The notes beneath the pieces are model-generated. The model searched no databases. It saw only the letters and a list, made by a program, of their open reading frames with translations, and was not told where the DNA came from. A stretch of DNA of 64,000 nt, from NCBI GenBank assembly GCA_045603785.1, contig JAZUMV010000001.1:9343-73342 (forward strand), read 5' to 3'. The position numbers and the translations under genes were made by a program. The stretch comes from Candidatus Nanosyncoccaceae bacterium (GTDB lineage: Bacteria > Patescibacteriota > Saccharimonadia > Saccharimonadales > Saccharimonadaceae). Positions 44,070 to 51,921 of this stretch are shown in pieces (within the stretch, counting starts at the first letter, position 1; every line of letters starts with the position of its first letter).

Positions 44070-44432
44070 ATGAACGAGGTATGCTATCTGGTTTTCGGAA
44101 CTGACGGTATCGTGACTTTGCGTGGCTATGATATTCCATTGCCGAAGCGCTTCTGGGGCTATCCGGTTATCCGCATTAAGGACTCGATTTACAGGGTACA
44201 GATCAACACTTTAGTGATTGAGAATGACGATGTGCGTGAAATGATGCGCGCGTGTATTCTTCAGGCGTTCAAAGACTTTAGTGAGTATGGTGCTGTGAGA
44301 GTCGAGTTCCCGGCGTGGTATATCATGCATATCTATGCCGTCGAGCGTTCGGCAGCCGAAGAGCCGTATTGGGATTCCGAGCAGCTCGTTGATAGCTTCT
44401 TGAGTCTGCGTGGGCCCGAAATGATTCTGTAG
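44070..44432 (+). CDS. Hypothetical protein (120 aa), tandem paralog A
   Basis: Start at MNEVCYL, preceded by GAGGGGG. The C-terminus EEPYWDSEQLVDSFLSLRGPEMIL matches the C-terminus of the next ORF. Confidence 0.5.
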   Translation: MNEVCYLVFGTDGIVTLRGYDIPLPKRFWGYPVIRIKDSIYRVQINTLVIENDDVREMMRACILQAFKDFSEYGAVRVEFPAWYIMHIYAVERSAAEEPYWDSEQLVDSFLSLRGPEMIL

Positions 44433-44444
44433 GGGGGTGTCGTA

Positions 44445-44882
44445 ATGGATGTACAGTTTTTCGCGAGAGGTTTTGCAAATGCGGATGTCGAGGCGGTATT
44501 TACTTGCTTCTATTCCGGCATCCGCATTATGCAAGGCACTGTTGGTGCTTATGTAGGCAAGGTTTTTAGCGGCAAGTTGGATTTTCCGTTTGTGTTACAA
44601 GCCGAAGATGGATGCCTTGCGGTTGGCGGCGTGATTCCGTCATCTAACAAGATCTTCAAGAATTATGCAATCGGCGCAGTGGTTAACGCTGCAAAAAAGA
44701 TTCATGCGGACGGAATGCATTGTTCGGTCGTTTCAATGTTTGCGGGTGCGCGTAACACTTCTTTACTAATCGTTTGTCCAGTTGGAGCTGAAGGCGATTT
44801 GCACGATAGCGAAGAGGATTACGCGAAACTTGAAACTTATGTGAGCGACTGGATTGAACTTCGTCCTGGGATGTATGTGTGA
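44445..44882 (+). CDS. Hypothetical protein (145 aa), tandem paralog B
   Basis: GGGGGG SD-like element. The C-terminus is SEEDYAKLETYVSDWIELRPGMYV. A terminator follows. Confidence 0.5.
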   Translation: MDVQFFARGFANADVEAVFTCFYSGIRIMQGTVGAYVGKVFSGKLDFPFVLQAEDGCLAVGGVIPSSNKIFKNYAIGAVVNAAKKIHADGMHCSVVSMFAGARNTSLLIVCPVGAEGDLHDSEEDYAKLETYVSDWIELRPGMYV

Positions 44883-44887
44883 TATAA

Positions 44888-44915
44888 AGCTCAGCCGAAA
44901 GGCCGGGCTTTTTTC
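44888..44915 (+). terminator. Intrinsic terminator
   Basis: agctcagcc-gaaa-ggccgggct (one internal mismatch) followed by tttttt. Confidence 0.65.
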
Positions 44916-44921
44916 TTATGC

Positions 44922-44950
44922 TTGAAATGTTGAGATGAATAGCTTAGTAT
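44922..44950 (+). promoter_or_regulatory. Promoter-like TTGAAA-17-TAGTAT
   Basis: TTGAAA 44922-44927, 17-nt spacer, TAGTAT 44945-44950. Confidence 0.4.
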
Positions 44951-44956
44951 AAGAGA

Positions 44957-45401
44957 TGTATACGAAATCTCGTATAGGACATTAGGAGTTTACGCTAGCT
45001 GGCTGCAACTTCGACATCTAAGCTTATGCACAACCCGGCAATTCCAGGCATATTTGAGTTCGAACCTATCCTTAATATGGGCACGCCTGCCGAGTAGTGG
45101 CGAGCGAAAAAGTAGGCTTTTATAGCCAAGTGCTCAGGCGAATACCGAAATTCAGGCTACAGTGAAAATCGAGTTCTTTCAATTTGGCCACGCCACGGGT
45201 GGCCACCTTTCTGGCGGCCAATGTTGGAAATCTATGAGCTTTTCTCTTGGGTAAGAGAAAGCTATCGATCAACCTCTTGGTCATAGAATCGTCCCTTGTG
45301 GGACACATTTCCAAAAGCATCCAGTCACCACCAAATTTAATGTCCAAACCTAAGCTAGCTAGCATTGCTCCCCCGCCCCCGGCAACAGTCGGGGGCTTTT
45401 T
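44957..45401 (+). ncRNA. Candidate ~445-nt noncoding transcript (unclassified)
   Basis: Bounded by the 44922 promoter-like element and a strong terminator (gcccccg-gcaacagt-cgggggc plus ttttt, 45375-45401). No plus-strand ORF of 60 aa or more. Contains hairpins tggccac/gtggcca and the core-less stem at 45237-45263. Confidence 0.4.
45237..45263 (+). repeat. Core-less paralog of the hairpin H1 stem (agcttttctctt-GGGT-aagagaaagct)
   Basis: It shares gcttt(t)ctcttg and aagagaaagcta with the inner stem of H1 (13919-13964). The loop is 4 nt instead of the 22-nt core. Confidence 0.6.
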
Positions 45402-45409
45402 CATGGTTC

Positions 45410-45488
45410 CTCGTTAGCTGTTTTAGTCTCACTCCTTAGCTCCACTTCGTTCTTGACGCTAAGGAGTAAGACTAAAACGGCTAACGAG
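45410..45488 (+). repeat. Hairpin H3: 29-bp stem closing core GCTCCACTTCGTTCTTGACGCT (45439-45460)
   Basis: 5' arm ctcgttagctgttttagtctcactcctta pairs with 3' arm taaggagtaagactaaaacggctaacgag (one G-T pair, one C-A mismatch). Confidence 0.85.
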
Positions 45489-45570
45489 ATGATCTATCTA
45501 AAACTAACCTCTGATCGGGCATTAATTATAGGCTTGGGCTTTGAGCTAAAGAATGACTATGATATTTTTT

Positions 45571-45649
45571 GCTAATTGCAACTTGACTTTATCTCTCAGC
45601 GTCAAGAACGTAGTGGAGCTGAGAGATAAAGCTCAAGCTTGCAATTAGC
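45571..45649 (-). repeat. Hairpin H4: interrupted ~21-bp stem closing AGCGTCAAGAACGTAGTGGAGC (45598-45619), the inverted core (21/22 versus H3)
   Basis: 5' arm gctaattgcaacttgactttatctctc pairs with 3' arm gagagataaagctcaagcttgcaattagc (11 bp, internal loop, 10 bp). Confidence 0.85.
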
Positions 45650-45715
45650 TTATTACGATATTATAGTTTCCATTACGAAGCATTCGCTTTGAACTTTACA
45701 AGGGAGGTTTTATGC

Positions 45716-46438
45716 ATGGAATTATATTTTCTCGGACGCGGTAGCGCCTTCTTTACTGAGGAAGGTAATACCTCGGCGTTCTTTATCGAGAAAGAGGCTA
45801 TGTTTCTGATCGATTGCGGTGAGTCGGTTTTTAAGAAGATTCGGGAAGCTCGTCTGCTAGAATTGGCTCAGATTAAGGAGCTGTATATCTTCATTACTCA
45901 CATGCATGACGATCATGTCGGCAGTCTCGGCAGTCTTGTATCTTACTGTCGGTTTGGTCTTCCAGAAGGAAAGGAAATTAGGTGTCATCTCGTTTGCGCT
46001 CCGGCGCTCGAGACCTTGCTCTATAACAAGGTTTATGGTGCGGGATGTGCGGCGCATTGCGATTTTATTACTGCCGAGGCTTTGGACGGTCAGTTCAGAT
46101 ATTTCCGGAGCATGAGGTATATTCGCACGATTCATCAACCGCATTTCCCCGCTTTCTCGATCGAGTTCAATACTAATGTTGGCAAGGTTTTCTACTCTGG
46201 CGACACTCAGGATGTTGATATGGTTGAGGCCTATGCGAAGCAGGATGATATCTCTCGGCTTTATCTCGAGGTTTGCTCCGAAAGATATCCGGACAATGTC
46301 CATCTGCCTCTTGAAGATCTGGATCGTATTATTCCGATGGGACTCCGCTACAAAACTTATCTAATGCACTTCGATAACTATAAATGTATCGAGCGTGCGA
46401 AGAAGCTCGGCTTTCAGATTGTTGAGCCAATTCACTAA
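45716..46438 (+). CDS. MBL-fold metallo-hydrolase
   Basis: Start at MELYFLGRGSAF after GGGAGG. The HxHxDH motif is ITHMHDDHVGS. The substrate class cannot be assigned. Confidence 0.7.
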   Translation: MELYFLGRGSAFFTEEGNTSAFFIEKEAMFLIDCGESVFKKIREARLLELAQIKELYIFITHMHDDHVGSLGSLVSYCRFGLPEGKEIRCHLVCAPALETLLYNKVYGAGCAAHCDFITAEALDGQFRYFRSMRYIRTIHQPHFPAFSIEFNTNVGKVFYSGDTQDVDMVEAYAKQDDISRLYLEVCSERYPDNVHLPLEDLDRIIPMGLRYKTYLMHFDNYKCIERAKKLGFQIVEPIH

Positions 46439-46446
46439 GCAAATAT

Positions 46447-46475
46447 CCCCCGTTTTGCCAACGGGGGTATTTTTA
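46447..46475 (+). terminator. Intrinsic terminator; sequence twin of 29432-29457
   Basis: cccccg-ttttgccaa-cggggg followed by tattttt. Confidence 0.75.
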
Positions 46476-46492
46476 ATATAATCATAAGTAGG

Positions 46493-47257
46493 ATGGCTAG
46501 GAAAAGTGCGCAGAAGCAAGATCGAAAAGTTAACAAGATTTTAATCGCCTTTTGTGGCGGTTTCTTTTTAGTTTGTTTGTTGATTGGCTTGTATTTGGCG
46601 AGCTATTACCGGGCTGGAGATGTTGCATTTAATAGTTTAATCTCAAACACTATTGTTTCTGTCGAGAAATATGATGACGAGATTTGGTTTACGAATACGG
46701 AAGAAGAATCGCATGATTTGCTGGTATTTTACCCTGGTGCAAGAGTAGACTACAGGGCTTATGCGCCGCTTATGGGGCGTCTAGCGAAGAATGGCTTGGA
46801 CTGCGTGATTATAAAAATGCCGTTGAACTTTGCAATTCTTGAGCAAAATGCGTTTGATAAGGTTACGGATAGGCTTGGCGAGGGACATAGGCTATACACG
46901 AGGCTGTATATCGGTGGTCATTCGATGGGTGGCGCAATGGCGGCGAGTTATGTTGCGGAGCATCCTAATCAAATTGAGGGCTTAGTGATGCTTGGCGCTT
47001 ATTCTGCTAAGAAGTTACCCGAAGAGCTGAAGACGTTAGAGATATACGGCTCGGAAGATAAGGTTATAAACCGCAAAAAGCTGGAAGAAAATACTAAGTA
47101 TTTACCCTCGGGAGCGATTGTTTACGAGATTCCTGGTGGCAATCATGCGCAATTCGGGGATTATGGTAAGCAAAACGGGGATGGCGAGGCTGCGATTAGT
47201 TCTGAAGAACAGTGGGATATTACCGCGAGATATATTCTTGAGTGGGCAAATTTGTAA
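46493..47257 (+). CDS. Membrane-anchored alpha/beta-fold hydrolase
   Basis: N-terminal TM is ILIAFCGGFFLVCLLIGLYLA. The nucleophile elbow is IGGHSMGG, and GGNHAQF lies near the C-terminus. Confidence 0.7.
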   Translation: MARKSAQKQDRKVNKILIAFCGGFFLVCLLIGLYLASYYRAGDVAFNSLISNTIVSVEKYDDEIWFTNTEEESHDLLVFYPGARVDYRAYAPLMGRLAKNGLDCVIIKMPLNFAILEQNAFDKVTDRLGEGHRLYTRLYIGGHSMGGAMAASYVAEHPNQIEGLVMLGAYSAKKLPEELKTLEIYGSEDKVINRKKLEENTKYLPSGAIVYEIPGGNHAQFGDYGKQNGDGEAAISSEEQWDITARYILEWANL

Positions 47258-47279
47258 GTATTGACAATAGCAATAACAT

Positions 47280-47301
47280 CCCGCTCTCGTAGCGGGGTTT
47301 T
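47280..47301 (+). terminator. Intrinsic terminator between convergent genes
   Basis: cccgct-ctcgt-agcggg followed by gtttt. Confidence 0.6.
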
Positions 47302-47311
47302 CATGTCTTTT

Positions 47312-49282
47312 TTATTTGTGTTCGAGTGCAGCTTTGATATCTTCGATTTGGTCGCGAAGTTCGGCTGCCTTCTCGAATTCTAGGTTAGCGGCAGCAAGTT
47401 GCATCTGTGAGCTGAGCTCCTTAATAATCTGTGGATATTCTTCGCGTGGGATTTTCTTGAGATTGAGCTTATTGCTTTTCTCTTTTTGCGGAATGATGGC
47501 GCGGAGGCCTTGCGAAATTTCTTTAGCGACCGAGTGTGGCGTGATGTTGTGTTTTTGGTTGTAGTCTTGCTGGATTTCGCGGCGGCGGTAGGTTTCTTCG
47601 ATTGCGCGATTCATACTACCAGTCATGTTGTCTGCGTACATGATAACCTTGCCCTCTTCATGACGAGCGGCACGACCAATAGTCTGAATCAAAGCGGAGT
47701 CGCTGCGAAGGAAGCCTTCTTTATCCGCATCAAGGATGGCGACGAGGGAGACTTCTGGCAAATCCAAACCTTCGCGTAGGAGATTGATGCCAACAAGCAC
47801 GTCATAAACGCCGGCACGAAGGTCATGCAAAATATCTCCGCGCTCCATCGTGTCGACATCGGAGTGAATATATGCGGTTTTGATGCCGAGCTCAATGAGG
47901 TGCTCTGATAAATCTTCTGCCATGCGCTTCGTAAGCGTCGTAACGAGGACGCGCTGATTCTTGGCGATGCGCTGGTCGATTTCTTCAACCAGGTCGTCAA
48001 TCTGGTTTTCGCTTGGGCGGACTTCAATTTCTGGATCGAGAAGGCCAGTCGGGCGGATTACCTGCTCTGCTACGCCCGCGCTATGCTCCTTTTCGTAATC
48101 GCCAGGAGTTGCAGAAGTATAGATGACTTGATTGATGTGACGGTCGAATTCGACGAAGGTCAGTGGGCGATTATCGAGGGCGCTTGGCAGGCGGAAGCCG
48201 TATTCGACAAGAGTCTCTTTGCGAGCGTGGTCGCCATTGTACATGCCGCGAACTTGTGGCAGAGTCATATGAGACTCGTCGATAAGCATTAAGAAATCTT
48301 CTGGGAAATAGTCCAAGAGGGTTGCTGGTGGCTGACCGAGCTTGCGGCCTTCGAGATGGCGCGAGTAATTTTCGATGCCTTTTACGAAGCCGGTTTGCTC
48401 GAGCATCTCTAGGTCATAATTAATGCGTTGGCTGAGGCGCTGCGCTTCGAGGTATTTGTGCTGGTTATTGAAATGTTCAAGGCGAACCTTGTACTCAGCG
48501 CGAATACGATCAATGGCGGCATCAAGATCTTCTTTTGGTGTGGCATAGTGGGTATTTGGGAAGATGCCAATTTCTTCTGGCGTAGCCAAAACTTCGGCCG
48601 TGAGTGGGTCGATAACCTTGATCTTTTCAATTCCATCGAAGCCAAACTCGATGCGATAAGCGCGATCGCCTGAAGCTGGGAAAATATCTACGACATCACC
48701 ACGGACACGGAAATTGCCACGCTCGAAGGCGATATCATTGCGATGATACTGAATCTCGGTGAGCATGCGAATGAATTCGTTAAGCTCGCGCGCTTCTCCT
48801 TTGGCGACACGGATGGCCATTTGCTTGTAGTTCTCTGGCGAACCGATGCCATAAATACATGAAACTGATGCAACGATAATGGTGTCGCGGCGCGTAAGAA
48901 GCGCTTCAGTTGCAGCATGGCGGAGACGATCGATTTCTTCGTTAATAGCCGAGTCTTTTTCGATGTAAGTATCTGTGCTGGCGATGTATGCTTCTGGCTG
49001 ATAGTAATCGAAGTAGGAGACGAAATAGTGGACCTCGTTTTCTGGGAAGAATTCGCGAAACTCGGAATAAAGCTGAGCTGCAAGAGTTTTGTTATGCGCA
49101 AGAACAAGCGTCGGGCGATTGTATTGCTCGATAATATTAGCCATCGTAAAAGTCTTGCCAGAACCCGTTACACCGAGCAAGGTCTGCTCGCGCTTACCTT
49201 GACGAAGGCCATTAAGAAGAGTCTGGATAGCTTGAGGCTGATCGCCAGTTGGCTCGTATTTGCTATGCAGCTTGAAATTCAT
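47312..49282 (-). CDS. uvrB: Excinuclease ABC subunit B
   Basis: [31 protein letters not shown], and the C-terminal UVR motif [13 protein letters not shown]. Confidence 0.95.
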   Translation of the reverse strand: MNFKLHSKYEPTGDQPQAIQTLLNGLRQGKREQTLLGVTGSGKTFTMANIIEQYNRPTLVLAHNKTLAAQLYSEFREFFPENEVHYFVSYFDYYQPEAYIASTDTYIEKDSAINEEIDRLRHAATEALLTRRDTIIVASVSCIYGIGSPENYKQMAIRVAKGEARELNEFIRMLTEIQYHRNDIAFERGNFRVRGDVVDIFPASGDRAYRIEFGFDGIEKIKVIDPLTAEVLATPEEIGIFPNTHYATPKEDLDAAIDRIRAEYKVRLEHFNNQHKYLEAQRLSQRINYDLEMLEQTGFVKGIENYSRHLEGRKLGQPPATLLDYFPEDFLMLIDESHMTLPQVRGMYNGDHARKETLVEYGFRLPSALDNRPLTFVEFDRHINQVIYTSATPGDYEKEHSAGVAEQVIRPTGLLDPEIEVRPSENQIDDLVEEIDQRIAKNQRVLVTTLTKRMAEDLSEHLIELGIKTAYIHSDVDTMERGDILHDLRAGVYDVLVGINLLREGLDLPEVSLVAILDADKEGFLRSDSALIQTIGRAARHEEGKVIMYADNMTGSMNRAIEETYRRREIQQDYNQKHNITPHSVAKEISQGLRAIIPQKEKSNKLNLKKIPREEYPQIIKELSSQMQLAAANLEFEKAAELRDQIEDIKAALEHK

Positions 49283-49324
49283 GCCTAATATTATATCATC
49301 CTTGGTATTTTGCTGTTATGTTGG

Positions 49325-50017
49325 CTAATAGCTTTTTCCGTAGGACTCTAGTATATATTCTAATTCTTTAGGATCCTCTTTGCTCGCAAGAGAGACGTAA
49401 ATAAGGTCATGATCGTAGTTCCAGAAAATGTAGTCACATTGATTATAGCTGGTAGATTTGTCGTGATAACAAATGCGTCGCGGGAATAATGATTGGGTTC
49501 CGTTTATGATAATGCTGTTGACTGGGCCAATTTCTTCTACGTTGCTGTCTTCTCTGAGAGTTTTCTCTAGTGAGGATATGGCTTGGTCTGGAGTTGTATA
49601 TGAAGAAGAATCGAGAGTGGTAGCATATAGCGCGCTAGTGTCGTTTCGGAACGAGTAGGATTGTAATGGATAATTGGAGCCAAGGAGATGTTCTGACCAA
49701 TCGATTGGGACGTTAAGATATCCGACTACGTCGTTGCCGATCGTGCGAGTGCTGTTTTCTAGATTTTCTAGATTGATGGACTCTATTCTGTCGATATTCT
49801 TTTCTTGCTTGAGCCCCCATAGGTTGCTGTCCGATTCGTTTTCGGCTTCGTTGATTATGTTTGCGAAAAACTCCTTTGCCTTGTCGAAAAAATCTGTATT
49901 ATTTGAGCCGATATAAACAAGGATACCAATTGGAAGCAAAATAAAGATTGCAATAATTAGAAAAATCTGGAAAGGGTTAGCGCCTGGTTTTTCCCTATAA
50001 GACGGCGTTTGATTCAT
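49325..50017 (-). CDS. Hypothetical membrane-anchored protein (230 aa)
   Basis: N-terminal TM is FQIFLIIAIFILLPIGILVYI, followed by a soluble domain of unknown family. Confidence 0.5.
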   Translation of the reverse strand: MNQTPSYREKPGANPFQIFLIIAIFILLPIGILVYIGSNNTDFFDKAKEFFANIINEAENESDSNLWGLKQEKNIDRIESINLENLENSTRTIGNDVVGYLNVPIDWSEHLLGSNYPLQSYSFRNDTSALYATTLDSSSYTTPDQAISSLEKTLREDSNVEEIGPVNSIIINGTQSLFPRRICYHDKSTSYNQCDYIFWNYDHDLIYVSLASKEDPKELEYILESYGKSY

Positions 50018-50032
50018 ATTTTATTAAGAATA

Positions 50033-50575
50033 TTAGGCTTGATCGCCATTGACCCAAGGGTCGGTTTTGCTTTCGGAGTTTGCGCTGTTGGTTTGCGCTG
50101 TGTTTGTGTTAGTATTTGGTTCGTCTCCATTCAAGAACGAGAAGCTATTACGGTCGATTTTTGATGGGTCGTAAACGCTGCTGCCGAAGGAAAGGATGGC
50201 CATGAAAATTGGAGAAAGGAGGAGGAGCCCAATGGCGAAGCCGGTATCTTTGCCGAAGGCTTGGCTGAGGCGAATCATCATCGCGATAGCAATAATAAGG
50301 TTAAGAATAGGAACTACGGAGCCCAAGATCCAAATTGGGTTCATGCCGATTTTTTGCATTAGGACGATATAGTTGTAAATTGGGACAATGCTTACCCAAC
50401 CTGGTTCGTTCATTTTGTTGAAGAGCTTCCACATCACAACAATAGCGAAGATGGTAAAAGCAAGCGAAAACAAGGCAGCAATGGCCATGAAAACAAAGAT
50501 GGCGCTAAGGGCTACTCCTATGTCGGTATACATATGAGAGTTTCCGGCTGCGAAAGTGGTTAATGTGTTTAACAT
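50033..50575 (-). CDS. DUF5684-like small polytopic membrane protein
   Basis: WKLFNKMNEPGWVSIVPIYNYIVLMQKIG...FGKDTGFAIGLLLL resembles DUF5684 (from memory). Start at MLNTLTTF has AGGA 5 nt upstream; 50587 is the alternative. Confidence 0.55.
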   Translation of the reverse strand: MLNTLTTFAAGNSHMYTDIGVALSAIFVFMAIAALFSLAFTIFAIVVMWKLFNKMNEPGWVSIVPIYNYIVLMQKIGMNPIWILGSVVPILNLIIAIAMMIRLSQAFGKDTGFAIGLLLLSPIFMAILSFGSSVYDPSKIDRNSFSFLNGDEPNTNTNTAQTNSANSESKTDPWVNGDQA

Positions 50576-50634
50576 ATTAATCCTCATTAAATTGTTATCT
50601 TTATGATAGTTAAAAACTTTGGCTATTGCAAACC

Positions 50635-51921
50635 TTAAGCGGTTTTATGCTCTTGGATCTTCTTGATGTAGTCTTCGCCGCGTTCGACAAAGTTTTTATA
50701 AAAGCCATAGCTTGCGGCGGCTGGTGATAGGAGACAGATTTTACCCTTTTCTGTCTCTTTAAAGGCGATGCTTACGGCTGCTGACATATCTTTTGCCGAA
50801 AAGAGGCGTTGCTTATAGCTGGAAGCATTAAATAAATCCATGAAGCGTTTAGCAGTGTTTGGTAGAAGGATGACATTACGAACGCTGCTGTCGCGGAGGA
50901 AATCTACAAGATGTTCGTAGTTGATACCGCGATCCATACCGCCGAGAATAAGTGTGTTGACATCGCCGAGAGCTTGTACGGCATTGATAGTAGCTTCTTG
51001 GGCGGTTGCGATGGAATCGTTATAGAAAGTAATGCCTTCGTATTCGCCGACATATTCAAGGCGATGCGGCAGGCCGCGGAAGCTTTTGACGGCTTCGAGA
51101 CACTGCTGTTTGCTGAGACCGAAGCCTTGGCAGGCGCGAACGGCGGCGCGGATATCGTTGTAGTTGTGTTCGCCAAGCAAAGTCGTTTCGATTTCGTCAT
51201 CTTTGATTGGGATTGTTGAGATTTCGATAGTCTCTGCATCGAGCGCAGCGATTTCTTCTCTGCTCGTGTGTTCGAAAATGTCGCCATAGATGAGAATGTC
51301 TTCGCTGGTTTGAAAGCGATAGATGTTTTTCTTGGCTCGGAAGTAATCTTCTGGCGTAGCATAATGGTCGAAATGCTCTTCGTAAAGATTGAGCAATATC
51401 GAAATGTGTGGGCTTGCTTTAACAAACTCGAGCTGATGACAACTCAGTTCAAAAACGACAATTGTTTCGTAGTCTAGTTTATCGATAACGTCGAAGCAGG
51501 GCTGGCCAATATTGCCTGTCAAAACGGCGTTTTTACCACAGGTCGTAAGAATGTGATAGATGAGCGAGCTCGTGGTGCTCTTCCCCTTAGTGCCAGTAAT
51601 ACCGATGATGGGATTTTGGCAGAAACAAAGGAAGAGGTCGCTGAGCGATGTAATTTTTTCTTTATCTTCTTCACTGATGAGATTTTTGATTTCTACACCT
51701 GGGGATTTGATAATAACATCGAAATCGTGACAATGACGGAGGTAGTCTGCGCCAGAAAAACAGAGTACGCCATCGATCGAAACTGGCGCTTTGTCTGCGA
51801 CGGCAACGGCGTTGTCTGGCAGGTTTTCCTGAATAAACGCAAGCGCGCTTTTGCCCTCTTTACCGTAGCCGAGGATTAGGATGCTTTTATTGCGTAAGTA
51901 TTGGATGATGTCGTTTTTCAT
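50635..51921 (-). CDS. murD: UDP-N-acetylmuramoyl-L-alanine--glutamate ligase (MurD family; D- versus L-Glu specificity unresolved)
   Basis: ILILGYGKEGKS, GITGTKGKSTTSSL, and the Mur ligase central and C-terminal domains. The start overlaps the upstream gene's stop (ATGA at 51918-51921). Confidence 0.85.
   Translation of the reverse strand: MKNDIIQYLRNKSILILGYGKEGKSALAFIQENLPDNAVAVADKAPVSIDGVLCFSGADYLRHCHDFDVIIKSPGVEIKNLISEEDKEKITSLSDLFLCFCQNPIIGITGTKGKSTTSSLIYHILTTCGKNAVLTGNIGQPCFDVIDKLDYETIVVFELSCHQLEFVKASPHISILLNLYEEHFDHYATPEDYFRAKKNIYRFQTSEDILIYGDIFEHTSREEIAALDAETIEISTIPIKDDEIETTLLGEHNYNDIRAAVRACQGFGLSKQQCLEAVKSFRGLPHRLEYVGEYEGITFYNDSIATAQEATINAVQALGDVNTLILGGMDRGINYEHLVDFLRDSSVRNVILLPNTAKRFMDLFNASSYKQRLFSAKDMSAAVSIAFKETEKGKICLLSPAAASYGFYKNFVERGEDYIKKIQEHKTA

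Noticed and set aside
45028-45056. RNase P P4-like strings (ACAACCCGGCAAT on plus; GGAATTGCCGGGTTG on minus)
   Set aside because: The complementary P4 partner strand would have to lie about 300 nt away inside the 44445-44882 CDS. None of the other conserved regions (GGAAAGUCC, AGGGUGAAA, AGAUGAAUG) are present.
45333-45341. tmRNA-like 3' end (tcaccacca) and GGTTCGAA-like strings at 45056-45067
   Set aside because: There is no T-arm adjacent to the CCA, no GGGG acceptor 5' strand, and no ...LAA-type tag frame on either strand. The permuted-gene order does not fit either.
45120-45404. 94-aa minus-strand ORF (MKKPPTVAGGGG...)
   Set aside because: Its start codon sits inside the plus-strand terminator hairpin. 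It has no SD, and part of it is the translated core-less hairpin.
45489-45575. 28-codon ORF (MIYLKLTSDRALIIGLGFELKNDYDIFC) between hairpins H3 and H4
   Set aside because: There is no SD within reach and there is no counterpart between H1 and H2. It is a possible type I toxin-like peptide, but it is unsupported.
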